Position numbers and translations under genes: made by a program
The notes under the pieces: generated by a model
The model's database searches: none
Told to the model about the DNA's origin: nothing
The model's input: the letters and a program-made list of their open reading frames with translations, nothing else
Source: Carcharhinus longimanus
Lineage: Eukaryota
Length of the DNA stretch: 64,000 bases
Direction of reading: 5' to 3'
NCBI GenBank assembly: GCA_030264375.1
Contig: JASCQW010000166.1
Coordinates: 15,406,512 to 15,470,511, forward strand
Shown here: positions 48,966-64,000 of the stretch, piece by piece
How the letters are laid out: each line of letters starts with the position of its first letter
How positions within the stretch are numbered: the stretch's first letter is position 1

Positions 48966-50273
48966 ACATACAGCTATTCCCATAGGAGGAAAGTTGTCCC
49001 ATTCTCAAAGCTGGAGATCTCTGGATGACAGGAGATAGAGGCTAAAGTATGATTTAAAAGGGTAGATTATGACAAATGTCAACCACATAATGTACTTGAA
49101 ATCAGAACAGAGTACAGAGTGTGCTAGGAGAAATTGAAAAAGGGTATAAGAGGTTATGAGAAAAGATCAGCATGTTACATAAAAGATAATCTACAAGTCT
49201 TTAACAACAAAAAGTAGAAGGATAATTTTAGAAATGCTATGGTTAGCAGACACCAAAAAATCTTTTCTTTAACTAAAAGATAAACTGTCTGTACACTCTG
49301 AATGGAAAAATACAAAATCTGTCAAGTATTTTGCATAGGTCAGCAAGCATATAACAATGATGCCAGCACTGAATTGAACCTGCAGTGCTGAAATAAACCC
49401 TCAATGTCGCAGCTGCAGGTGCATACTCATTTGACCAGCTCTTGTTTTTGTGCTTACTGGTCCAAACCTTCAAAATGAAGTTAATGCTCCAATGAAGCAT
49501 TCCCTAACCTATCTCCCAGAGGGCTGTATTAGGTCTATAAATACTCACTACATCTGAAGAGTCCTCTTTGCTCAGAATTGAGTTACATTTTTGAAGTTGG
49601 ACCATGGTTCTGAAAAGTCAAACGACAATCATTGTGCAGTAAGTTTTTGTTTGTCACAAAGACATAGATAAATTATACATGTTGATTCCTCCGGCTTTGT
49701 CACGTCTGTGTTGTAGCAACTAGAGTAAAATTGTTTGAATCGGTGGACACAGATAGATGAGTTGCTTTTAGCTCTCTCTCTCTCCTAACTCCTGTACATG
49801 TCTGTGCAAAACAATTATCAATCATTTTAACTGAATGCATAATATAATTCCATTGGTTCTACGTTTTCCATTATTCTCTGCATGCTTTGTACCTTGTAAA
49901 ATGGGAAGAATAGAGTTTAAACCTTTCCAAGAAACTAGAAAGCTGCTGACATATTTTTGGTGAATAAATAATTGTTGCTAATTTTCTTCTTTTTGGATGT
50001 GCTGAGATCTATGGCCTTCTCCCTTTGTGGAAGGAGGAAGAATGACAGTGCAATTAGATTGCTCATGTGCATGAGACTATATGGAATGAAGGGATGACAA
50101 AATCTCTGGAAACCCGTATCTCAACCTGTGAAACTTGGGGGTGATGACATTATTCACTGGAAAACACTTGTGCATAGTACTTTAGAAATGTAGTAATGTT
50201 CAGGTTGCCTTATACCTGAAGTTGAGAAAATGGTTTGTTTGTTAAAGAATATCCTGAAGATGAAAAAAGATGA

Positions 50274-50945
<672 letters not shown>

Positions 50946-53319
50946 AGGAAGAAGAAAGAGTTGGAAGAATTTCATTAAGGCGAGATACATTTATGCTCGG
51001 GGACATTTCAGTTACATATGCCTCTTACAGTCAAAATATTGAGGAAATAAAACCTCAAGTTAAATGAAAATCTTTCACTTTGTCTCTGCTATTAGTAATG
51101 TGCATGAAACATGAGAAAGCATGAGTTAAAACTGGTCTTGTAATTATATTAATGCACAGGGAGTTTGTTCCATGGTCAGGTTTGTAGAGCCAAGAAGAAG
51201 TCATTTTGCTCAATAATTAGAGGAAAGTATTCAACGGTCACAATAATAATTAGGAAGATGGTCCGTATTCCGAAACAATGATCAACCTGGTGAACGTATG
51301 CAGTGTTCCAGAATGATTTTAAACGCAGTACTCAAGGTGTTCATACCATTACCACTCCACAGCACACTGCCGTAATTACTTTGAGGCTGAGGAGTAGCGA
51401 TCTCATTGTGAAGCATCAATGATAAGGAATAGCCACCATATGATACTCTACAGATTATGATCATACTTTGTCCTTAACATCATGTTACACAACATTCAAG
51501 AGGCCCTGTAACATTGATCAGCTTTCAATTAGTGGTTTGCATAGTTGGCACGTGGTGCTCAGGAGAGAATGCTTGTTATGCCAGAATACTGCATTAAACC
51601 ATTTTAACTCCCTAAGAATATTTTTAAAATTTTCTTTCACAAGGTGGTTGTTTTCAGTTTATTATGGGCCATTTAAAGCCAGAAGAATGAAACTGTCTCC
51701 TGTTACAATAGAGAAGTGATTGAACTTGCCTCAAAACAGCAAGTCATTCAATAACCCCTCTGTCAACCAACTGTCATTGTGACACTGTCTGAATATCTTC
51801 CTTCACAGGGGAGGTGGCGAACGTCGGCCACTGCAGTAACAATGAATCTGAAATGATAGTCGTTGCCTGCTGATGGAAACTTGACCTAATTAACCTCTGT
51901 TGCAGATTCAGTAATCCTAAATGTGAACTAAGCAGACTAGGATAATGTTTACCAGCAAGTCTGGCATGAATAAAACAGGAGGGAGAAAGAAAAAAGTTAA
52001 CGAAGAGAGCAGAATGAGAAATCGAGCAACCTCACGGTGGGTGCAGAAGGTAGGCGAGGTCTTTGAAAATAATTCTCNNNNNNNNNNNNNNNNNNNNNNN
52101 NNNNNNNNNNNNNNNNNNNNNNNNNNNNNNNNNNNNNNNNNNNNNNNNNNNNNNNNNNNNNNNNNNNNNNNNNNNNNGTGAGGGCTGGCAATCTTCTTCG
52201 TTAACTCAGGCAGGGTAGTTCTAGTTCGACGAAGAGACGGATATTTACCTGCAGGCTTTTTTTGCGTGTGCAGTTTTAGCTGGTTCAACTGCAGAAGAGG
52301 CCCTGCTTGCACTTCAGGACACAAAGGTTTACCAACCTCCTTAAAATGGGATATGTTACGACAAAGATGTCCTGTACATTCAATATATCGTTAACAAAAA
52401 GACAAGTTTGCTGTGCATCTCACAGCGCCTTGGTTTGGCCACTGTTAAACCTGTTGGATGTCAACTATGTTTGACCAAAAATAAATACAGCACTTTATTT
52501 TGCATTTGCTAGAATAATTTTGAAAGTATTCTCAAGTTGTGTGTTTCCCCTGAGCACTCAAACATATGGTTGATTCCAAATATTGTTTGCCTGGAAACAC
52601 AGCATTCAAATTTCCTTCCCCATCACTCAATGTGAATGTAGTCATTTGAATGGAACCAGTTCCCATTTACTCACACTACGTTGCAGTGCAATATACCAAA
52701 TTAAATCACACCATCAAGAATTCATGATCTTACCACTTAAATGTACAGTACTGATGCTTTTCATTACTCTGTGCACTGAACATGTAGCTCATTATACATC
52801 AATCCCCCATCTCACATTTTCAGTTTGCATTGCAATATGTTTTAATGAGACTCATCATCAAAGCTCCAATGCTTTTTATGCTGAAATAAGGCACAAAGAG
52901 CTCATTAAATCAAAGAGATACAACCGAGTGGTTAAATTAGGTTGAGATGTCCTTTCTCAGTATTGAAGTACGCTGATTGTGACCATTAGTAGCTAGTGAT
53001 TTAACTAATGAATTGCAGCTCCCAGCCTTATTAGAGCAAATCAAGCTTTTAACATGCGCAAATGGCCGTACTCCAGCAAGTATAGACTGCTGGCCTTGAT
53101 ATCATCACCTTAAAGTGTTGTCAATTGGTGTACTTAATTAAATTGTGCCAAATAACTACGATAGAAAAAAGATGATACTTGGGCTCATACTCTTTAATAT
53201 GTGAAAACGTCTTTCCTTATTCCTCCTCAAAGCATGAATTTCTACTGACATACCATTCTTGGGCACCAGTGCTGTACAGTGGCGGCAATACTTGAGCTGA
53301 TTCTGGTGATAGCTGCAAG

Positions 53320-53762
53320 GGCGCTACAGTGGTTAGCACTGCTGCCTCTCAGCGCCAGGGACCAGGGTTCGATTCCCAGCTTGGGTCATTGTCTTTGTGG
53401 AGTCTGCATGTTCTCCCTGTGTCTGAGTGGGTTTCCTCCGGGNNNNNNNNNNNNNNNNNNNNNNNNNNNNNNNNNNNNNNNNNNNNNNNNNNNNNNNNNN
53501 NNNNNNNNNNNNNNNNNNNNNNNNNNNNNNNNTTTCACAGTAACTTAGAAATCACAGAAACCCGACAGTACAGAAAGAGGCCATTTGGCCCACAGAGTCT
53601 GCACCGACCACAATCCTACCCAGGCCCTACCCCCCCAATATTCTGACAGATTTATCCACTAATCCCTCATCTGAGGACACTAAGGGCAATTTTTGGCATG
53701 GCCAATCAACCTAACCCGCACATCATTGCAATGTTAATGTAAGCCTATTTGTGACACTACTA
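53320..53762 (+). mobile_element. HE1-type SINE (gap inside) with an inverted SINE fragment inserted in its tail (53547-53722)
   Basis: Head and V-domain at 53320-53442. The tail tttcacagtaactt|cattgcaatgttaatgtaagcc is split by minus-strand HE1 sequence (ggccaatcaacctaacccgcacatc). Confidence 0.7.
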
Positions 53763-54694
53763 CAGAAACTAAAAAAAGGTGAGATGGCCTCAGCCTTGTG
53801 CAAAAATTGTGAGACTCAAATAGTTGGTAGAAGAAAAGAGGCCGTATTTGTTGATAATTGTCAGTGAGCACCTACTCACTGACCAGATCCCTGCTGGTTG
53901 GTATGAACCAATTGTTTACTTAAATGGAAAGCAATCTGTTTCAGCATGTCATCCTTTACCTGTCCAAAAAGAATACTTTACAGCAGCCGTGCAGTGCTAC
54001 TGGCTTCCCTTCACCTCAATTCACTTATTCACCGCTAAATTTGTGACCTGCTTGTTAATTTTCCTGCTATCCTGCACTGCGAAGTTCGAACTTTGTGAGA
54101 TGATGATTCCAGACCTAATTTGAATCCCTGGTTGATATTTTCATTAACTATATTATCCTGAAGTTAATTCTGAGAATCTGTGCAGAATAGCTTTCATGCT
54201 TTTGGATTTGCTGAAAATGTCTAATTTTATTTAGCGAATGCAAAGTCCTTAAGCCAAGCAGTTTCTTCCAGTCTTTGTGTTTGAGTGTGGATAGGCCTCT
54301 GCTGAGTCTATGTCCCTTCTATGATGCAGCACATAGTCTGGTCTTTCCCACAAGCACACAGGAGGTTTGCACTAATGCCCCATCTATGGAGGGTGGACAA
54401 GCATGGAGCCGTGGCCAGTCCTGAACCTCTTGACGATGGAACACACTTTCCTTGCAAGAAGCAGAGCAGCTGTTGGGTTGGGTGTCATGTCCAGTGATTT
54501 CCATTCATTTGTCCAGGTGGAATTTGCATTGGAAATCCAGTGTGGAAGGGCTCTTCCAGATCGAGCACCTTGCTAGGAGTCGTACTTTGGGTGCGCTGGC
54601 TTGTTGAAAGTGGCTAGATATGTGGAGGAGTGATGTTTGCCAGGGTAGTGGGAGCAGCATCCCACCTTGAGCCAGCTAGTTTGGCAATTGAGTT

Positions 54695-55052
54695 AAGAAC
54701 ATAAGAAATATGAGCAGGAGTAGGCCATCTAGCCCCTCGAGCCTGCCCCGCCATTCAACAAGATCATGGCTGATCTGTCGTGGCTCAATTCCACATTCCC
54801 GCCCTCTCCCCATAACCCTTAATCCCCTTGCCTATCAAAAACCTATCANNNNNNNNNNNNNNNNNNNNNNNNNNNNNNNNNNNNNNNNNNNNNNNNNNNN
54901 NNNNNNNNNNNNNNNNNNNNNNNNNNNNNNNNNNNNNNNNNNNNNNNNCTACCATTATTCCTACCAAAGTGGACAACCTCACATTTGCCAACATTAAATT
55001 CCATTTGCCAGTTCCTGGCCCATTCAGCCAGCCTATCTAGATCCTTCTGCAG
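54695..55052 (-). mobile_element. Young CR1/HER1 fragment (gap inside)
   Basis: Tail aagaacataagaaatatgagcaggagtaggcc and LQKDLDRLAEWARNWQMEFNVGKCEVVHFGRNN. Confidence 0.85.
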
Positions 55053-56246
55053 AGTTGTTACTGGGCTTGACCTTGGCTGCAGTTGTTTGTGGTGTTCCTG
55101 GAAGGTCAGAGTCCTATCTAGGGTCACTCCGAGGTGGTTCTTTAATTTGCTTTAAAAAGCCATCCATTTGCATGTTGAGCTCTTTATTGACATTATGAAC
55201 ATGGAATAATCTGGATACTGATTTTGCAGGGCTTGACTTGATTCACCACATTTTGCAGTATTATTCAACTTTTGACAAGTTCTCATTTAGGGTCTAAAGT
55301 TGCGAGGCAGATGTCACCGTCAATATGAGCTTTCACAGGTTAGTTTTTGGAAGATCATTTGTGTGCAAGCTGAACAGGGTTGGAGCCAGTACTGAGCCTT
55401 AGGAGAGTCCATTGGTTTGCCTTTTCCATGTACTTTTCGCCTGTCCAAGGTAATCTCTGAACCTTGAATTGTACAACGGTGTTCCAGTGCCTTAGGATTG
55501 GTGGGGGAGGAGGTTGCATGATTGCCAGTGTGCCAAATTGGTTTGTAGGCAGCTGTGAGGTTGAGGAACACAGCACCTGTCTTGAAGTTTTTTCCAGGAC
55601 CTGTTTTCCTGTGCTGTCGTCCTGTGGAAGCTTGGTCAACAATAAGAACTTGTTTTACGATTGGATTTATGTGCTGAAGGATGAAGCATTCAAGAATTAT
55701 GTATGGGGCCAATGCGAGAGTTTTGGTATGGTGATGACTTTTGCTGTCCACCATTTCTTTGGATTGGTGTTGAAATGTATGACCATCATATAAAATCAGG
55801 TCAGCCTGGCAAGAGCTTGGGGCCCCACGTGTTTCATAGATTCTGGTGCAATATGATCATATCCTGATGTCTGGCTACACTTCAATCCCTCGAGGATCTC
55901 CTTCAGTTCTGCAACCTCAAAATGGGAGGAGTGTTGTCTTTTCTGTGTTGCTGTTGGTGTTGTCTTCGTTCACCCTGGGTGTTTGATTTGGTGTTTGAGT
56001 TCAGGAGTGTCTTAACTATGGCACGCCAGACGGCTGGCGACATGGTTGTAACTGAGTGGCAGTTTTTAGTAGTTGGCTTTTAGGCTGCTCAAGGTGACAG
56101 ATTCTGTTTCAGCACCTCTTGCTGGAGTGTATGACATTTAGCTTTGCTATGGGTTCCTCCCAGTTTAGGGACTGGATTAGATGATCTTCTATCTCTGGGT
56201 CCCCTAATGCTTCATATGCCTTTCAGAGGGCAGCACTCTGTTCGTT

Positions 56247-56445
56247 GGGGGTTGTTTTAGCTCAGTTAGCTGCGTAGCTAGTTAGTAATGCAGTGTGACG
56301 GCAACAGTAGCAGCTGAGGTCATTCATGAAGGCACCACCTTCTCAGTCTTGCGTCTTGCCTAAGTTGTGGTGATCCTCAGGTTAAATCACCACCAATCAT
56401 CTCCCCCTGTCAAAGGGGAGAGCAGCCCATGGTTATCTGGGATTA
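56247..56445 (+). mobile_element. tRNA-derived SINE fragment
   Basis: tagctcagttagc head and gtggtgatcctcaggttaaatcaccacca..aaaggggagagcagccc body. Confidence 0.5.
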
Positions 56446-59029
56446 GAGATGTGTGTGTTATATACACTCTTCATCTAAACTTGGGATGTAGATGGATTGG
56501 TAGTCTTGAGGAATTGCCATGCTTTGTAGATTGCACCACAGAGGTGATTGTACGCTTCATCAACAGTGATGTTTTGTAGTGTGGTTGTTCAGACGCTGCA
56601 TGCCAAAGATTACATTGTATGTTGCCCATTCGGTTTCCAGAAATTCCATCACATCTTATTGGAGTTGTTGACTATCAAATCACATAGGCTTCTGTAAATG
56701 AGTAAGGGTTGGTGTTGGATGCTTGGGAAGTTAACTGAGCCAAGGCTCTGTGCAACGTGGGGAGTCTCATGAAGAGAACTGTCCCTAAGCTGTCCAACTG
56801 AATGTAATGTTCCTCACTGCTCCTCACTGTTTAGAATTGTTTCTGGATGTCCACCATACTAGCGTTTCACTATCCAATACTGCTATCTCCAGTCTGAATG
56901 TTGACTGTTCAAGTTTCACACATTAGATGGCTGAGTGGGGAGGGTGGGCAAGACTTGCTGATGCTTAGTGCTTGCAGACATAGGCTATGTGGAATCCATC
57001 AACTGCTAAGGTGTCAGAGAAAATGGTTGTTGCCAAGTGATTTTCTTGAGCAATATTGGTTTGGACATGGGTGGCACAGCCATATTTGGCATCAACGTGG
57101 TATTGACAGGAGGTCATAGCTTTTGGCGGAATAGTGTTCTGTTTCTTCTGTTCTGACATCAGTGGGGTATTGAGCAGCAAGGACTTCACTTTGCTGCCAA
57201 TGGGCACTCAACATTGAACTGGAAGATTCGAAAAGCGAGCTCTGATCTTTGGGAGTTATCTTTCCTTGTTCCTTCTGGCTTTGGGACTTCGACTAGGATN
57301 NNNNNNNNNNNNNNNNNNNNNNNNNNNNNNNNNNNNNNNNNNNNNNNNNNNNNNNNNNNNNNNNNNNNNNNNNNNNNNNNNNNNNNNNNNNNNNNNNNNG
57401 GCTTTGGGACTTCGACTAGGATTCCTTTTGTAGACTCTTCTCATGTAGCTTCCTTTGGAATTTAATCTACTGGTCAGATCATGAGCTTCCCCAGGCAAGC
57501 CTAGGTATTGGCAGCAGGGGGGCATGGCGTGAGCGCTGATCCATTTCTCCCCAATCTTTAATTACAGGACTTTATTGAATTAGAATTGATTGCCAGTTTC
57601 AATAAATACAAGTGAACAAACGACATAAGTGGGAGCTGAGGCTGTTAGATGAGCCACAGGAAGGACACATTATGCATTAAGCCAAAAAAAGGTTGCAGCT
57701 GAGGCAGAGTTGTTGCGGTGTTGTATTTTCTGCATTGTCGCGAGTGGATTTCATTGGGTGAGACTCTTGTTAATCCTCTTTACTGAACATGAGCTCACTT
57801 TCCTTTGATTGGACAGGCTCTCTTCTGGCTTAGGTGATGCACTTCTGTTAAGTCACACATAGTCCTTAACCACACTATGTAATGAAAATAGATACGCCTT
57901 GATTATAAGCGCAGATATTGTGTTGTATAGTATTTCAGACACTACAGTAAGGTCAGCATAGACCGTGTGGTTGGAGTGAAATTGTGGAATGTGTTTTATT
58001 CACTTCCTTTTAAATAGTTTGAGTTGCCACTGGGATGTTGCTCAAGAAACTGGTGATGCCAAATTGACAACAGTTGACCACCCAACTCCCTATTTACCTG
58101 CACCAAAAGAGAGTAAACACTTGCTTCGACTCACACAGATCTGCTTTTGCTTTTCATGAGCTTAAAGTAGTTGGTTTTGCACCGTTGGTTTAGAAATTTG
58201 AAATTGATACGTGTGTCTTTTGGTTACTTTCAACTGAAATAGTTTTCATTGACTTGGTTTGCTCACAGCCTTTCTTTCTACCCCAGTGTTGTATACTCTT
58301 CACCCACCAGGTTCTGGATGGCAGCCTGGTCATCATAATACTTGCAAAAGTAGTCTGACTTAATTTATCAGCCAGGTTGTATTTTTTGAACCGCATCAGG
58401 TGATGCTGTTGGTGCCATACGGTCTAAAACAGTTTTTATCTAAAGAAGAATGAGGTGTTTTGAGCGCTATATTAAAAGGCATCAGTTGAGAATTGAACAC
58501 TTTCTATGTTGATCTGTCAATAAAATCTGTTCACAAAGCTGGCAAAAGATCAATGATTCATCAAAAGTGAATTGCATTAACAATCACAATACTTAACAAT
58601 CGTAAACTTCCAACTGAAGGGAAACCAGGGGATAGTGACAGACAAAGTCACTGGAGGCAATGTTTAAACTAACTGGTGCAAGGGTTAAGAGTGCATTCCA
58701 TGCGCATTTTCCTGTTTACTTAACCCTTAAGCTACAAGTACAAGTTACACTAACCTTTGACTCGGGGTGAAGAGCACAAATGGAAACTGAGTGTATAACA
58801 TCATGGGAAACCCTGAGGGTGCTTTGACCCTCCCAGTTTCCGACAATGCCACTTCGTCATTTAGCTTGCTTTTTTTCAACTGCAGTTATTCTTCCATATT
58901 TGGAATTTTTTTATCCCTGCCATCTCCGATTCTGATCACATTTGGCAGTCAAAGTGTTATTTCATTGTAGGAATTCATATTTTGGGAATTTTTTAGATTT
59001 TTGACAGAGCAAGCATTTCTATTAAAAGA

Positions 59030-59305
59030 TTGGTGGCACGGTGGTTAGCACTGCTGCTCACAGCGGCAGGGACCCGTGTTCGATTCCCGGCCTTGGATCA
59101 TTGTGCAGTCTGCACGTTCTCCCCGTGTCTGCGTGGGTTTCCTCCAGAAGCTCCGGTTTCCTCCCACAGTCCAAAGAAGTGTGGATTAGGCCGTGCTAAA
59201 TTGCCCCCTAGTGTCAGGAGGACTAGCTAGGGTAAATGTATGGACTTAGACGTACTGGGTGGAATTGTGGCCAAATGGCCTCCTTCTGCACTGTCGAGAT
59301 TCCAT
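59030..59305 (+). mobile_element. HE1-type SINE
   Basis: ggtggttagcactgctgctcacagcggcagggacccgtgttcgattcccggcc, V-domain and tail ggcctccttctgcactgt. Confidence 0.85.
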
Positions 59306-59513
59306 GGTTATCGTTCTTCGGCCCCTTCCCCACCAAAATACCTCCACTTTGTTTTTTTCACTGTTGCTGATGTTTGACCACAGTCATATCAGCAGCTTCC
59401 TAAGTTGTACAAGGACCTTAGTCTATCTGGATCACCTGTAACAGCACCTGACTTTTAGTTTTACAGACAGGGTTGTGCTCCAGTAATTAGTATTGGCGGT
59501 GCCTTTTGAGTGA

Positions 59514-59909
<396 letters not shown>

Positions 59910-60607
59910 TGATTAAATGTGGACAGAACATAAAATGTACCCTCCTCTCATGAGCAAAACATTCTGTATCCACTCCCACTTAACCTGTCTTCATCCACTT
60001 GAAGGGGGACTGACTAAAAGAATTTGAGTCATTTTGTGTTGAGTCACTAGCTCTTTTTTTCAATGTATTGTCCAGTCTTGGCAAAATGCTATGCATGACA
60101 CATGTTGACCCAAACGTTTTAAACTACAAAACAACGATGCTGAAAAGGTCAATACATCAGAAAGTGTGCAGTGCCTTACAGCTTGTAAGATATGGATAAT
60201 TACAGCTCCCATTAACAACTGAATTAAATGCAACTCTGTGTAATTTTGCCTATCTTGACATCAACCTTTCTAGTGTCTACATTCAACATGACTTGTAATG
60301 CAAAATGAAAGTCATTACTTAGTTCTCTCTGTTCAGTTGGTCATTACTGAACATTTTTGAAGTATTCTCGTATTTAATAAAATGTGTTTTTCATCTTGGC
60401 TCATTTGGTTTTTGCTATAAAATCAACCAGAAACCTAGCAGATGGAGTCCCAAAGGAAATAGTCAGGGATTTATTTTTCAATCTGTTTGTCTCCCTCCTC
60501 CCCAAGCTACTCCTCAAGTTAATTTTCATCAAGCTCGGTTATAAAAGCATCTTGTTTTCACCACTTAGTGCTTTACTTTGTTTCTCTTTGCCCTTAATGA
60601 ACATTGA

Positions 60608-60883
<276 letters not shown>

Positions 60884-61547
60884 TAGCTCTCATTTCAAAG
60901 TTTTCAAACACTATTTTTAGATTCTGGTTACTTTTACACGTTTGCACTTTTATACTATTTGGGATATTAACTTTACTGTTTTCTGCCCTCTGTTAAATTC
61001 TACATTGAAATTTAATTTATTCACGTTAGGTCTTGGCTTACTGCCCTATGACTACTGCCCTTGCATCTTAACTACAGTCGCAAGGAATTCAGTTATCTCC
61101 ACAATTCTGCAGATCTGCTCACCCATTGCTGTACCACTGCTCACCCAGCTGCTCCCAGCTCATTTCTTATCCCTGCTGTGGCCTTGCATCATTCAGATGA
61201 GAGCAATACAAAATTACTATTTGTTCCCTTCCTTTTGAGTGGTGTGCATTTTTAGAAATTACTCTGCTTTTTAAAAAGGCTATTTTTCCACATTGCCACC
61301 TCCACCATTTTCTCCAGTTCCTGTCTCATCTTCAGTCTCCCCTTTCCCCTCACCTGGAACATACATAACCCATCTTCATGCCACGGCTGTCAATACTTGG
61401 ACCCTCTTTATCCATACTCCTGGTCTGTTGCAAGATTGAAACAGCTCTGGGCAGTCACCAGTGACACTGATTTTGACTGATGCTCCCCATCTGTAACTTT
61501 TAACATGGTTAGCAGCCCCATCCTTTTCCGTGTCCCTATGACATTGT

Positions 61548-61745
61548 CTTTACTCAGAGGGTAGTAAGGGTGTGGAATGCCCTGCCTGCAGCAGTTGTAG
61601 ACTCGCCAACTTTAAGGGCATTCAAATGTCATTGGATAGACATATGGATAATATTGGAATAGTTTAGGTTAGAAGGTCATAAGATTGGTTCCACTGGTCG
61701 GTGCAACGTCGAGGGCTGAAGGGCCTGTACTGCGCTGTTCTAAGT
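61548..61745 (+). mobile_element. CR1 3' end fragment
   Basis: tttactcagagggtagtaagggtgtggaatgccctgcc..gagggctgaagggcctgtactgcgctgt. Confidence 0.7.
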
Positions 61746-62084
61746 TCCTTTATTGTTCCACTCTTACCTGGCTGTGTGTAGCCAGCATATCTCTTGCCAA
61801 AAGTTTCTCCTCCCAAACCTGCATAGTTACTCCAGTGTTTTCCCATCTTTGAATCTCCCTTTTCTCTCTCTCCTAATTCTTATCTGTATGTTGCCTCTTG
61901 TGAGGGTGTGGTTGGCTTTCATATGAATGCCACTGATAACCATCTTTAGTTTTTGGTGACCATTCTTTATCCTGTAAAGGGATTTCTTGTCTGACAAGAA
62001 TTTTTCAGGATTTCTGGCAGCTCAACATTGGCCATCCTGAATAATTTGCCCAATTCTGTCCCTATTCCTGACGGTCCACCCTAG

Positions 62085-62525
62085 TGCATATGTATGCTTT
62101 GCAGCACAGTTTGCTACTACTGAATCCCCTTGTCTTTGCCTTTCTCACATCCAGACTTCATTTTTCCAATGTGGTTTGACTCCTTTAGCACCATTGAATG
62201 TGAATTCATGTCTTCTAGCCACATATGATTCCATTTTTTATTGCCTTTATCCTTTGTGGCCTTTATTAGTTTTCAACACCTCAATTTAATATCTTTCTAC
62301 ACCCTCACCCTGCCCAATTCTTCAAGCCTGCTCCTTTCTTTTTCCAGCTCTGATCTTCTGCCACAATGCCCTCCCCCCTCCTTTTCTTCACCATTGGTGG
62401 CAGAATCTTTGCAATTTTGCTCCACATACTGCAGCATTTCTCCTTCAGACGCCTTTAATCTGTTAGTTCTTTCACCATCTTCAACCTCATGAATAAAGAC
62501 TGCTTCTTGATTAGCATCCATGGTT
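62085..62525 (+). mobile_element. L2 3' fragment
   Basis: tgcctttctcacatccagacttcatttttccaatg resembles AFxTSRLDYSN; ends with an L2-like decayed 3' region. Confidence 0.45.
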
Positions 62526-63194
62526 CCAACCACCCCTTTCACATTCAACTCCTCCCCCTGACCACCATCATCCCCAACTCCCCACAAGTATGAGCAGCTT
62601 GGAGATAGTTTGCTAAGTTCAGAGCAGAACATCCATACACATTGCTGTCCTGAGCACACAGAAAATGACCAAATGTTAATCTATTCTCTCACCACTTATT
62701 ACAGAGTGCACAGAACTTAGTCTGGAAGCGATTGCTGTCATTTCTTTCTCTCTGCTTGTTCAGAAGCACTTGTCTTCTGCTGTTTGGGTTGACAGATATG
62801 AGGAACAGAGAGGATTTGTGGATTCATCCCCAAGTGTTGCCGTTTGCTGCTGCGAATGAGCTTTGGAACGTGCAGGTCGCTTCATTACTTGTGGGACGAA
62901 AGCTAAAAAATTACAATGAAATTGTGAATGTGAAACATGTTGTCTCTAATTCTCGAAAGTCCAGAAAGGATGTTTCCTAAAGCTGGAAACTTGCCACCAA
63001 TCTTTGGTTTCTTGTTACCTTATAAATAGCCTTTCTGGCAGGAATTTTGAATCTTTAAAAAAAACACAAACCAGTTATGAAGGAGTTATGAACCAGTTAT
63101 GAACTTAGGAAGGACGTGTGGGAGAAGCCAGAGTTTCCCCAGCAAGTCTGCACTTCTGACCACAAAACCTGCATGTCTCAGGGCTCAACCTGGA

Positions 63195-63782
<588 letters not shown>

Positions 63783-64000
63783 TGAAGGATTTTTTTTAAA
63801 CTCGCAGCTACCAAGCACAATAAGCAACCAGTCTTGGCACCCTGCTCAGTTCTAGCGCTGAACTGTGGAGTAAAACCCAATGTTCACCCATGCTCAAAGG
63901 GATTTGATTCCATACATTGTTGGAATCGCATCATTGATAATGCAATGATAATAGAGAAGTTTTACAGCAGTTGTACAGGACCTTGGTGAAATCACACATA

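Larger units (their letters stand above)
54250..57260 (-). mobile_element. Decayed RTE-X/Jockey-like LINE with nested CR1 and SINE
   Basis: Minus frames give TGAVFLNLTAAYKPIWHTG, LPQDDSTGKQVL, SVLAPTLFSLHTNDLP, VTLDRTLTFQEH and a C-terminal CGKDQTMCCI. The clade assignment is tentative. Confidence 0.65.

Overview
This is eukaryotic (vertebrate) genomic DNA. The repeat content (HE1-type SINEs, HER1/CR1 LINEs, DeuSINE-like elements) points to a cartilaginous fish, probably a shark. The whole window lies inside one + strand gene, the MYST histone acetyltransferase KAT6A (MOZ). Ten GT-AG coding exons, equivalent to human exons 3-12, splice into one open frame. They encode the double PHD finger, the basic/linker region and the N-terminal part of the MYST HAT domain; the gene start and end lie outside the window. 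The introns are filled with decayed and often nested transposons (CR1, L2, RTE, RTE-X-like, Rex1, Penelope-like, Gypsy, SINEs, a Helentron/HINE-like element) and contain nine N gaps. The most interesting signals are: (1) a 543-nt in-frame extension of exon 7 ending at a second in-phase donor, which mirrors the long KAT6B isoform; (2) a candidate 48-nt poison exon in intron 7; (3) a LINE that appears to carry a tRNA-like head shared with a SINE family; (4) a TSD-flanked TG..CA insertion hidden in a gap. There is no prokaryotic-type system such as CRISPR or operons. Repeat boundaries are approximate. Repeat family names and human comparisons come from recall, not from a database search.
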